Shown one piece after another: positions 15,494 to 29,300 of a DNA stretch of 53,934 nucleotides. This stretch comes from Trichoplax sp. H2 (lineage: Eukaryota), in assembly GCA_003344405.1 (NCBI GenBank), contig NOWV01000164.1, forward strand, positions 124,001 to 177,934. The letters run 5' to 3'. The notes beneath the pieces were generated by a model. The model ran no database searches and had not been told where the DNA came from. It worked only from the letters and a program-made list of their open reading frames with translations. The stretch's first letter is position 1, and each line of letters starts with the position of its first letter. Both the position numbers and the translations under genes were made by a program.

Positions 15494-15803
15494 TAAGATC
15501 AAGTGATAGTTACGATGTTATTCTGTCGATTGGCCAATATGACCTATTCACCTTTTGCTTTTCTCACACTTTCTTACTGTTTCTAATACCGTATCAACGC
15601 ATGTATATGTATATATTGTAATTGAGTTAAAAATAGTCATCAGTTGAATACTGAAGCGATACTTGTATCCTGGCTTTCATCAAAGGTAACCAAGGCCGTA
15701 TATTAACTCGATAACACCTTGAATTTATCTTTCAAGGACTAAATTGAAGTTCAAGTGAATCAAACATCAGCATCGCCAACTATTCATTTCATCGCGTAGA
15801 ACC

Positions 15804-18800
15804 ATGAAGGTAGAACCTGTTAATAGCGATGACAACCCTAAGAAAGTGGCTAATTCACTGGGTTGGACTATACCCAGTGTTATGAAGCTGTTAAAGGTAG
15901 CAAATAAGCGATCATTACTACCATAACTATCAATTCGCCATGTTATAAAGTGTTTTAGGGTGGAGTTTGTTAATATTATAGTATTGTCCAATTTTATCTA
16001 TCATGATATCGGTATGTCGAATAGAAAAGGAATTTTAAATTAAAATTATATCCACGTTATTTATTGAATCCGAATTTACGGGATCTAGTTCTTATTATTA
16101 TCACGTAAGAATTAGCGATATTATCCGCTAAAATATCAAAACTATCATTCTTTTCGTCCAACCAACTGTTGCTTGGAGAAGTATCGTAACCATCAAAAGG
16201 CATTTGAACTGCGGGAGCTATACATTATCATTAGTTACATGGCAACCGGTTGCAAATTAAGTTAAAATCAGTTATAGTAGCACATTTTAAGCAGATCAAT
16301 TTTTCTACTAGAATGCAAAGTTAAAGATGCCTTAAAATCCAAGGAAGCGCTTCGTACGTCACTTCATCATAAACTACGCTGAAATGTTTCCAGATTATGT
16401 TCACTATTTTAGCGCAGAAGCCTAGGGTAGAAATTAAAAATTTGTGTAATGAGTCAATATTCGCTACTTTTATGATAGTAATACACGTGTGAAATAAAAT
16501 AAGAATTTAGTTTTACTCGAGCTCCTACTGGATCTATTAGAATAGAATAGACATCAAAGTAAGTTTGCTTGATGATGTCACTCTTATTTATTGATTTGTT
16601 TGCTTTAGCTAAACATTCTTTGGTTAATCCTATAACTAAGATGCCTTATAGATGTGTTTATCATGGCTTGGATCGATGACACTTTTAATTAAGATAGAAA
16701 TGAGATAAATACTATGTATGATACTTGACACTGAATTCCTCCATCGATTTTATGGCACAGTCTGCTATAGATGATTATTTTTAATTTGAATAAACACTTA
16801 ATATACAATCTGCCATCTATTAGCGCTAAATTGACAGAGATAAGTGAAGATTTATTCTCAAAATTGTAAAGGAAAAAGTAGTCAAAGTAATCGTTAATAA
16901 TTAACGCAATTTCAGGTTATAACTACAACAAAAAAATGTATCACGACAGTATTATCTGAAGTGACTTAAAACGCTACTAGATAGGCATTTCAGTTAGGCA
17001 AGATTATCTTTGTGTTTAAATCATTTTAACTGATAAAAGCTAAAAAAATACTTATACAAGAGTTTGATGCACTTATTTCTATTCAAACCCTGATTGATCT
17101 AACCCCTGTTATGCTTTCAATTGAAATAATTACGATCGAAAATAATAATAAAAGCATGGGTCTTTATATAAGTTTTGAACAATCCATTTTACAATTCGTC
17201 CTTATTTACCTCTTATGATTTCTTCATAACGAGCAAAGGGCCGCTATGAAGAGAGAGTTTTTGTGAAATAACTTTTCAACGTAATAATGGAGTGAATTTC
17301 ATCAAAAATGTCTTGATAATTGTCCATAGGAAGGAAATCTATATTTTAAAACCATTCAAGAGAAGACTGGCCATACCATCTTTAGAATTAATTTGGGAGT
17401 AGAAGCTTTCGCCTTGTGCGATAGCCAAAGTGCAACTGCAGTTTTCGATTATAGTAAGGTAAAATGAAATACTATATATATCAATACTACAACTTGTCAT
17501 TGGCGATTTAGATAAGAATGATTTGATAGCCTAGGTGTCTATATATGCAGGGTACTCTTGGAAGATTATTATTTCCATCTATTTTAGCAAGATGATGATA
17601 GCAATAACATTGACTCTATTAAGATTTCATTTCGTCGATTTTACTAATTTCTTTTCATAACAGGTGACTAAAGATGATGGCTTTGGTCGATTAAAATTCA
17701 ACAAAAATCTAACCGGTCAAATAAGACCATCTATATTTTGTAATGGAGAAGTACATGAACGCTATCGAAAGTTTCTAATGGATGTTTTTCGTGCTACATC
17801 GGTTGATTACTTAATTAAAGTGACCAATGAAGCAGTTGAAAAACATTTCAGCTTATGGGAAAAGAGTTATACGGGTAAGTTTCTGTTGCAGAGACTGATT
17901 TTCAGCGTACTCTTACTTGCGGACAAGTACGCGGATACTTGCAGACTTGTGACTTTAAATAGTACCTTGACTTGAGGACATCACATTTCGTTAAATCCTA
18001 TTTGAAGTATAAATACTACTAGAATCATAAGGAATGTTCTCTTCCTCTTTCGAAATTGGTCTTGTAATATTTATCGTATTTTTTAATCTTGTCTAGGTGC
18101 GGGTATTGCCAAAGAATGGGAAATGGATATTTTAAGGTTATGCAGCGATATTGTACATCGGGCAATTCTTGGAGGAGAGATAAGCTCCGAAGCTTCACAT
18201 AATTGGCTTATGGGCATTCTGAAGAAGAAAAGGTACTTTTAATAAAGTAAAAATGCTTAACCGTATTAAAATAAGCTTATTGAGAAAGTTGAGTTGTGCT
18301 TTAATTCTTTAGCAGTACAAAATTAAACGTTCATGATATAACTCGTAACTATAACGTAAATCGATCGAAATTAATGATTATACAATAGAGAAAAATGGGA
18401 TATGAAAGAGTTGGAGGGGTAGAATTTCAAATTCAGATGATTTTAATAATCTTTCAGCCTTGTACTATCCATGAAATTAAGCCTAATAAGGACAAAAATT
18501 GAATCTCTTCGATTACGCATAGTAGCGAAATCGGACGTGAAAGGGTTGAAGGGAAAGAATTACAAATTAAGATGATTTTAACGATCTTTCAGTCTTGTAT
18601 CAATCATGAAATTAAGCCTAATAAGGACATAAATTTAAATCTCTTCAGTTAAGCATAGTCGTTCAATTTGCCTTAGAATTGTTGTGTATACTTGTATAAT
18701 TATAGTCGTGTTTAGTTATTCATTTTATCTTTACTATGTCTATCCCAATCACTTGAATGTAATCATAATTAAGTAATTTTTAGGATTCCTATACGTCTTA

Positions 18801-21800
18801 TACTTGAGGTTAAATTAGATATGATAATAGTGAGAGATCGAACATATGATACTAATATTTTACGATAGTTTTTCCAAGCGTTCTAGAATAGACTTTGATA
18901 CTCGGAATATTTTACTACAGATTATAGTAAATTTCTATTTAATTAAGTCTATCCTAATCACTTAAGAGTCATTCTATTTAGAATTTTTTCTTGTCACTAG
19001 ATCTTATTCATTAGATTAAATCTAATGCGATTATGGTGGTACAGTAGCAATTCAATAGATACGTTATGTAGTATATCCAATTCTCTCGAAATTATTCTAA
19101 ACTCGGTGTAGATCAAATAAATTGCAGTAGCTATCACAGAATCTTATTGATTAACGATTTATTCTACTTTTTATTACCTCTCTAGATCAGCTTTAGGGGT
19201 CAAAACTAAATTTTTCTCCAAGGCTATCGTTGGATATGCAATTCTCACCAATGGAATTAAAGAATCTCCCCACTATCAGAGCATGATCAAACTAGCTGAC
19301 AAACGATCAGTTTCTGAAGAGGAAGCATTAAACAATATTCTCTTTTCCATTCTGTAAGTCATCATAGGAAAGTAGAATCAATATAGTTAGATTTAAAATA
19401 ATCATAGTACATATTTTTTCTGGAAATGAGTTTCTGCATAATAGAAGTACAATACTGCGGTCAGTAATTCACGATCCTATTACAGCAGGCATAATCTATC
19501 CAATTCCTCACGATAAATAAATTCTTGATGTAGACGTCGTTACATAATTTATTTCTGTCTTAGGAAAGCTAAATTAGGGCTCTTTGATGTATTTTTTATA
19601 CCTCTACTAATTCTATAACTTTCAATTTGCATCTTGGTAATGAATTAGATTCAATTACTATGGAGGATGCAGTGCTGCCTTTCGGACATGTGCTGCAAGG
19701 ATATCAATATTAGACGAAAATATCAAAAGCGAATTAATCGAAGATATTAAAAGTGCTATAAATAAATATGGAGGCCTAACTGGTCAAGCTTTGTGTCAAA
19801 TGAGAAAGCTCCATTCCTTTGTTTTGGAAGTGAGTAAAAGATAAATTAAAATGATTACTTGATCTTGTCCTCTTAATTATCAACGAAAATATTTTGCTAA
19901 GACAAAGTACGCATAGACGGATACAATTTCATTAAAATACCATATTCAGCTCTCAGTTCACATCAAACAATAATATATTTATCTGTGATATTAAGTTAAG
20001 ATGAAAGTACAATTATCCCTCTACATGATCTTTTAATTGTTTGAAATGAGAATTGGAGTTAGAATTGAGTAAAACGGGAAAGAAAAATACGTCATGAATT
20101 AATATTGAAAAATTTAACTATTTAGTTTTAGATTATCCATTGTTGAGTTTGTGGCAAACAAAAATAAATCATAACTAAATATTATTCCAGAATTGGCATC
20201 CTTAACCCATATAGTTCATATACTATTGTAGTAAACTGGATACAGCAAATAGTAGCAAGATAATGATGGTTACAAAATTAAACTATTCTCTTCTTAAACT
20301 AACAGTATGATATTCTATCAAATTACAGAATCTTAGAATGTCTTCACCCGTGAATTTAATTTTTGGACGAGCAGTGTAAGTATTTCCCTTTTGAAGGGGA
20401 TACCTAATTGACTATTTCATTTTTTAGCAAGTTTTAAATTGCTTTTTAATATTCGATTGCCTAAAGTAGTCAAAAAATTAAATCAGCTTCAACAGTATAG
20501 AGGCACATACAGTCCAAACGATAACATACAGGAAAATATTAGTGGACATGTCTTGATCCACACCAAATACATAGTTATAATTATTATACTTATGATGAAA
20601 ATATCGTTATTTAGCAAGTTACTGTACCGCACATTCTCTACTTTTAGTCTAATCTATATTCAAATTTAATTCTTTTGCCTATCTTTTAGTGAAGATTTAA
20701 TGGTTAAATCTAATACCGGAACTTACAAGATTCCAAAAGGCAAATTAATGGTAGCTAATCTCTTTTGGGCACACCGAGATACTAGAGTATTCGATGATCC
20801 ACTTACCTTTCAAGCACTGCGATTTTTTAATAATCCGGTAAGATTTATATCTCACTTAATTATATAGACTACCTTTTTAGCTGTAGTTAAGGATTATAGG
20901 TACAGTATTCTTCCATATCAATCATGAAATTTGAAGATTTTGTCAATTTACTTTTAAACAGGATCTTAAAAATTATCTGTACTGGGAAGCTGGGCCTTTC
21001 TCTAAGGATCAGTGTGAAAAGACCCATCAATGTCCTGGTCGGGTAAGTAAATTTCTCATTGGACACTATTAAATAAATTTTATATTTTCTTCCTCTAAAT
21101 GAAATTACTTGTGATGTCCGAAAGTATTCTACTTTGCTTCAGATTTATGCTAGACTAATTTAACTCTTATTAGATTAATCATTTCGAGATTATCGTAACT
21201 TATTAAATTTCTATCTCTTCTTATTTGTGTAATGATATACCCTCATTTTAACTACAATAAACGAATCATCTTCGATCACTAGCTTAGCTACTCGTCTAGA
21301 TTCACTTACCGTTTATTGTAAATATCGATGAATAAACATGAAATTAGTTTAATGTACGACAGTCAGCTCTACGACCTAGCCATTATCGAGTACGAATAAC
21401 ATCAAAAATATTTAACCAATTATTACGATATTTTAATGATGTACGCTTCTATTAATTATAATTATCAGTATCATACAATTTTGAGCTGAAGATTTTTTCT
21501 TTCAATGACGGATAGAAATGACATAACTGTGATATATCTCGAGCTTTTCCTAATAATTTAAATACAAACATTTTACGCCTACGCGTATAATGAAACATAA
21601 TTAAATGAAGCAAATTATTTTAACCTTCCGTTTTATATCTTACACATATTCAAAATAATGTATCTTGATTCCCTAGAACATTGCTATCCCTTCCATCATG
21701 CTATTTTCCGCTTATCTGCTCCTTCAAGGAGACTATCAACTAGGTAGTGAGCCTCAATGGACAGGAAAAAAGTAAGCATAGTATCCGTAAAACGTTGTAA

Positions 21801-22366
21801 ATATTTTGTATTTTATCTTTTAAACTAAAATTATAAATTCTATGCTAATACCACTAAAATAATTGATAGTATAATATCCATTTAAATATTAGAATCTCTG
21901 AGCTAATTCCGTTATTCACTTGCAAAACATGAATGAACATGATATAAGACTTTTACAAGATCTAATATTCGTTTTTGTGTATTTAATGATAGAATTCGAC
22001 GCTTAGGGACTCCTGATGAGATCATCACTCTAAAAAAATTTAAATACAAATCAGACGTAAGTGAACCATTTATTTTAACAACGCAATAAATCCATCCATT
22101 GCACCTCCGTTATTTACTCCATTTTAGCCCTATATAGCTTTACTTTAACTTCTTCGTAACTGTACCATAGGCCTGTCTTACTTTCGTTATATATTCCAAA
22201 ATTAACCTCTACTGACAATTGTTACATTGCAAATATAATTCCATCTATATTCTCATCATAGGTTACAGTTTCGCTACCGGAAGCTGTTCTAAATAGCAAA
22301 TTAAAGTATGATGAAATGACAGCCGAAAATAATAATAGTCAATGTCCTGTGGACAGCGAAGCTTAA
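15804..22366 (+). CDS. CYP74-clan cytochrome P450, paralog B (~485 aa)
   Basis: Exons 15804-15896, 17330-17458, 17664-17874, 18097-18232, 19186-19353, 19649-19829, 20329-20375, 20690-20837, 20962-21042, 21677-21771, 21993-22056, 22262-22366 join in frame. Motifs: NNILFSILFNYYGG, ENLRMSSP, HRDTRVFDDPLTFQALRF, WEAGPFSKDQCEKTHQCPGR (Cys codon 21031-21033). Confidence 0.93.
18403..18659. repeat. ~135-bp tandem duplication in intron 4 of paralog B
   Basis: TGAAAGrGTTGrAGGG...CATGAAATTAAGCCTAATAAGGACA...GCATAGT occurs at ~18403 and ~18538. Confidence 0.88.
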
Positions 22367-25300
22367 TAAAAACAAAATGAAGGAAATCGAAACTTAGAAT
22401 AAGACTGCAATTCCTTAATTTTAGTATGATTTAATTCTCGAAGTATTTTTAACGATAATATTTGGTATTTTCTTGTAAATTTTATCTGCTACGATTTACT
22501 TCCACTACCACGCTTTACTTTGATATGTCTACTAAATACAGCATCAATTTTTTTATCTTTCTTTATTTTGACGTAATCTAACGTTTTGTCTTCAATATTA
22601 AAATATTTCTGCTTTAATTGTAAAATATAACATCGATGTAGTTTACTTCTCATCCTTACCTAATTGCAATTAATATTAACAGTACAGCATACGGTGTATT
22701 TAGTCATGAAAGATAATATTTCAGCTGATCCATCCTTTTAATCTTACTTCTATTACGTAGAAACATTATTGTAAGAAATTTATTAGACGATGTAATTGGC
22801 CTACAGATCATAAATACATAAGCATCAAATTGTTTACTTTAAAGAATTTCATGCAAGTCACTTAAATACTTAAACTTAAATTTCTTGCTCCTATCTACAT
22901 AATTATGATATAGTAAATCTTGATGATATTTGTAATCTTACAATTTCATGTTAACTTGGACGACTTAACTCACGATGTCCCCGCAATCATAGATGATAAT
23001 TTCAGTATGAGAATCCAGCTGTGAACTAATCATTATAGATCATCAATCAACTTTTTTACTAATAAGCGTATTTTAATCCCAAGCGTTTAAATACTACTTG
23101 CGTATTTAGGTGTGAATACAAACTTACTTGCATGATAAACTGATATCTTGCATCATTAGCTATAGTTGTAGCTATTCCTGATCTAATTGTTGTCTATCTA
23201 GTAAGTTCGTTCTATTATATCTGTAACATATCGTAGTAAATAGTAACCCATAGCATTCTTATAGTTTATTACGGCAGACTATTACGAATATCAGTACTTA
23301 AGAAATAAAATCTGCTAGGTTGTATTAAATGTTCGTAATTTTAAAATGATGCTGTAGTAATTCTACTCATGAATTTTTAATCGTATGAAACTGTTTTAAT
23401 GAGATATTCTACGTTAATGTAGTAATTCATAAATAAGCTAATCAATCTTGACTTCACCTAAGAATTATTACTGCTTGTAATGCTTGCTTTTTACTGATTA
23501 AAATGTTTTGAATGATACAGTAATTGATACTATTGCATCAAATCGTTGGCTAATAAATGCTGTTGGAGTTTTTGAAGTTGATTTCTATATACTGTACAGT
23601 ATTATAAAATCGTAAGTCTGGAATACGAAACCCGATAGATACCATTTCCACATTAATTTATAGACGCATTTTTAAGGGATGATTTTTAGCTAACATCGTG
23701 TATATATAATGGCTGAAATTGAAATGCTACACATATTATATACTATATTAGTGATTTACGGGTATATACAATATTAAATTTACATAGCCTTCTTATAAGG
23801 TAGCCTGAAATTAATCATGAAATGTATGCAAGTGCTAACTTTGTAACCACGATTATCGCAGAATAACATGCTGTCACAAAGTAAATTTTTTAGGCTTATT
23901 ATTAAGCTAGAGTTATGATGGAGCTAAGATTAATTATAATGATAGTGATATAACAACTTGATATGATTCGATCATATTAATTACAAGAAGGAACTTTAGA
24001 TATAAGCAATTTTGCAGCTTAAATATACATACCATCAAATTCTAACGCTAACTCACGAGTATAAAGTTAGGATAGGATTAGCTATATCGATAGCAATACA
24101 ACTACTCACGATAACTTAACTATATTAATTATAAATAATAGCTATATCATAGATAGAAATTCCGAACCTTTACATAGCTTACATACTTTTGCGTTCTAAT
24201 CTTAAGCTTATCCAATAGTATCTTCGCGAAAAAATTATTTTCCAACTGTAAATCATTTACATTATCATTGCCGAGAAGAATTATATCTTCGTATTGTAGA
24301 AATCTTTGGTTAATCAAGTACTATGGTCATCATATCAACAGGTTGTTGCTACTATAAAATCATAATATTATGATTTACGCTATTGATTAATCAGACTGTA
24401 TATAATATTTGTATAAAATTTCGTTTACACTAATTTTCTATAAAGATAACAGTTTACAATTCATCATATTGGATCTATTCACCTTACAAACATCGTTGCA
24501 GTAATGATTAATATTATTATACTCATACTTTAAGTATCTGTATACAGTAATTTGAATTAGCCATGATATGGTTAATTATTCCGACTATTTTTGAAAGATA
24601 TTACCGATTCGGTCAAACACCTACGAATAATTCTATCAGATTAGCTTTGCAAGTTAATATCTGTGCAACTCCATTTTAACTTATGAGGTCTCCTGACAAT
24701 ATATGAATATATTGAATATATTGTATAAAAAAACATTATTACATCTATTAGGCGGTATCCTTTAGGATAACGTGGTAGCGAGATCATGTAAAATTACTAT
24801 ACTGTCCATGTTCATATTGCAAGAAAGAATTCAATTGCGGAAACTAGACTGTATATTAGGATAAGAACAAACTTTTCCACCGGGGATAGAAACAATATAT
24901 GCTAAATTGTATTCTCATAGCTATATAAGGATATCATCATTAACATAATAATGTGACTTTTCTACCATAATTGTTGTTGAATGGCTAAGCATAGTAAATC
25001 AGGAATGGGTCAAGACAAGAAGTAGTCTCCAAGGCATTAACTTGAATAATACCTTAACTACATGCTAGAGGAGTGCTGCTTTATACTCTAGACAATAACT
25101 TTAATTATTCACTGACCATGACCCAAGACTCTTCTAATCGTCTCTAATTTAGTTTGTCTGTAATTTCTTTTCACTAGACGTCAATATTATCTCCCACCCT
25201 AGTCATATGTGGCTAATAGAACTGATTGCTGTCTTAAATGTAGGATTAAAGGGTTAAATTTCGATCGACATCAATACATTAAGTTATTCCTATCACTTTC

Positions 25301-26396
25301 TTACCTATAATCCAATCAATAATCGGAAAAATTACTCAGATAGATAACTTATCCCATTTTTTTATCGCCATTAAGATTAAGGTATGTTTTTATTCATCCT
25401 GATAGCCCATAATAAAGATATGACTCATAGCATTAACCGATTTGTACGTAGAACTAAGACTATATTATTACAAATCTTCTTTAAAATGCTTTCTACTTTT
25501 CAGGATAGCTTGTCTAATTTCTTCATCGTAATTACAAGATATATTATTTATACGTCAAGTACTGCAATGATGCATGACTTAGGGGAATAATAAGTATACT
25601 GTACTAATAGAAATTTTCATCTAAGTTAAGCAAGTGTGTTACCCGCCCAATAAAGACATAGTTTTCTTTTTATTGTAATTTTTTACTTCGTTACTTATTG
25701 CTAAGTTTTTGTAATTTTATTATTCCCTTAATCTAAGCTATAAAAAAGTATGGATGTTGTTAGAATTACATGTTAAGTAGCAATTATACTATATGATATA
25801 AGCAATTTAAAAGCTATTTTCGCTTACCCTACCAAGCTTATAATTCTGGTTGTATCATAGGTAATCTTTTCGTAATTTGAAACCTAAACAGTTGTAGAAG
25901 CAATGTTTTATATATACATGTATATTAAGCTTGGAAATTTAATTATATCAAAGCTTTACGTTGACCTATTAAATTCATTAATATGATAGTTCTATTATAT
26001 TCCTCACCTGATTGCCTTCTTAAGAACAGTGATGATATAATACCCAGCTCTGATTACGCTGCAGCAACTTTTCGATGATTTTATAGATTTTGTTCACGAT
26101 TGCAGACCTATTCATTACCAGTATTAACTTATAACGATAAATAACTCTATGCTTGACAAGACAACAGATTAACTATTCAACGTATAAAATTTTTAGCGCC
26201 ATACTTGTTCCAGTCATCTTGTCGTGTAACAACAATTCGATAGTTAGCAAATATAGCTTATTTTCGAAATGATTTAATAAATAAAAATAATAGCAATAGT
26301 TTATTAACCTTAGCATTTCTTTCTTTTGATCCTGTATGTAGAAAATTCTTCAAGTTTTTGCATTTATGCAATAATAAAATACTATAATGATCAAAG

Positions 26397-29300
26397 ATGG
26401 ATAATGATAAAGAAATGGAAAGTACTAAACCTGAAGAAAAACGAGATACCATTCCTGGATTTTTTACCTCTCTTAACAATTGGTACTGTATGTCAAAGTT
26501 ACAACATGTAAGTCTCAATTACTAAAATTAATTATACTGTTGTGTATATGGCAAGAGTCTGTATAGGGTTGAACGATGTTCAGTAATTCACTTTAATATC
26601 TTCATCGAATCATCAAGCTGCAATTAAATGCCTCATCTTCCTTACTGTACTTTTAATCCCATCCATCGATGACAGCGTGCTTTAAAATCTTGCTGTTTTT
26701 AAAAGCTTTGTCTCTCTTATTGTACTTTAATCCCGTCCATTGATGACAGCGTGCTTTAAAATCTACTTTCAGTTTTATAACACCATTCTGATAATTAATA
26801 TCCAGTAGCCTTGTGTTGATTACAGGCTTTCTTGGCTGATATAGCGTTACATAATAAAATTTGTTAACCATATTCTTGTAACTACATTCTAAACTTATTC
26901 TGCTACCTTTCAATCAATTATTCATTCGTCTCCAACATTAAATAGAAAGGACATTTATTCTTTCATGAAGAACAACAGCGGCATAAACGAAGTATTTTTC
27001 GCGTTAATCTTGGTTATGATGCAATAGCTATACTAACGAATGAAGAATCACAATTACTCTTTGATAGTAGTAAGGTATGGAAAATGATACTGCAATGAGA
27101 TGACTAATTTATTGTAAAAATTTTAAGATCATCCAAAAATATTGCGCCAAAGTATATTAGGTAATTCAACTTTACAACAGTTAATTTTGGAACGTCCCAA
27201 TACTTTACGAATAATTATAACCGCTATTTATACTGAAATTAAACACAAATAAGATGGAAATTGTAATACATCTAGACATACTTAAGTATTTTTTTACTAT
27301 TGAAAACTGTTAATACAGTTGTGATATTCTCTAACCAGGTGGCAAAAGAAGATTGTTACGGAATAGCGCTACAAAATGTTCAGTCACTAACGAATTATCC
27401 TATAGCATCTTTATGGAGTGATCAAGCTAAAAAGGATAGAAAATCCTTAATAAATGATGTCGTCCAGCTAATTCCTGTTAACTATTTTATGAAAGTGGTA
27501 AGTGATACCATTAAAGAACATTTTCAACGTTGGGAAGACAAGTACGAAGGTAAAAAGTCTGATATATCTTTTACAAAATTATTTCAAGACTAAAACAGAT
27601 ATTTACTTTTTCACGATGTCTCAGTTTATCTAGGCAATGGTCCACCCGGTAACTGGGAACGAGATATTCAAGAATTTTGTAGTAATGCAATCAGTTCTTT
27701 ATTGTTAGGTACACGAGTTGAATTTCAGTCTGCTTCTGATTGCTTGGAAGCCATGCTGATGATATCAAGGTAATTATAATAGTAGGAGGAAAGCAAGTTA
27801 TAGTAAAATATCACACAATTAACGCTATGTAACAAGATAACCTATCGCAGTATTTAATTTGAGCTGTGCAATATCTTGTTGATAAATAAGGATAGCACTA
27901 TTGTAGCATATAAATCACGCAGTTAATTAAGTCTAAATTGGCTATAGGTAGCATAATGTAAAATGGAAAGCTTTAAGCTTCAGTTAAGGTATCTATTAAT
28001 CCATCAGATGATCGATTTTACTATCTATATTTAGGCTGTTCGTTAAAACTGGATCGTTTAATCGTGGTATTAAAGCTACCAAAGTATTATTACAACAAAT
28101 TGAACAGTCGCCTAATTTCAAGAAACTCGCTAAAATTGGAGAATGCTATTCGTTAACTCAAGATTTTGTTAAAATTAACATTCTTTATATCATGATGCAA
28201 GTACTCTAAAATAAAATCTACTCCAGATCTAGATGACTTATAGATAGGGTTATAGTCTTGCAGCTAAAGAGTACAAGACGTAAACTTTCACCTAAAGTAT
28301 GCAATTATTTCAATCCAATTTATATATAGTGCAAAACTATTCCGAACAAGCAATACATTGATGAGAAGTATAGCTGCTAGAATCATTACATTATCTCCGC
28401 AGGACAAGGAACATCTAATTCAAAGTACCTCCCAGGTCTTGACTAATCACTCAGGATTATCTGAAAGTGCAATGTTAGATATGACTGACTTAAAATCATT
28501 TGTGATGGAGGTAAGTTTGCATATTAAATCTAATTATAGGGTTATTTTATGCCATTTATTAATATATTATACACTTTTGCGACTCATTGATATCGATCAT
28601 TGTTGCCTATCTCGTATTTCAGGTTATTCGTACATCACCTTCTGTTAGCCTGATTTATGGAAGGGCAGTGTGAGTTAGCGGTGATAATTTAACTTATATT
28701 AAATTTTACAATCTTATCGTCTAAATTATGCGTATAAAGCTGTATTTCTAGGATATTATATGTAGTAGCTTACTTTTATCCCTGGTTTACTACTCCAGGC
28801 CATAAACAACTGACATCAGCGAAATGTACATTTTACTTGTACAGTAGAATAACGGATTTAATCATAGTAAATTAAAGTATTTGAAACATGGATAGGCCTT
28901 TAATACGAGTATGGTAGTTACGCCTAGTCTTATAGCTGAGATAGGGTTATTTATCACGTCATCACTAAAACTTGGATATATCTTTCGTATAATTAACTTT
29001 TACTTAACATTAATTGTATTTTAGAATAACATAATATGATAATAATATAAATTAAACTATTTAAAAATTTACTGGGCTTCAAAATCAAATTAAATGCTAT
29101 AGTTGATATAAAATTATTAATTATAGACATTAATTGCCAATAATGGTTTATATCATATAAATACTCCTAATAGAAATGATATGAATATCAGTGTCGATGG
29201 CTCTACTTATAATATTCGTAAAGGGCAGAGATTGCTTGCCAATCTATATTGGGCAAACAGAGATCCAAAATGGTTTGATAATCCAGATGAATTTCAACCA

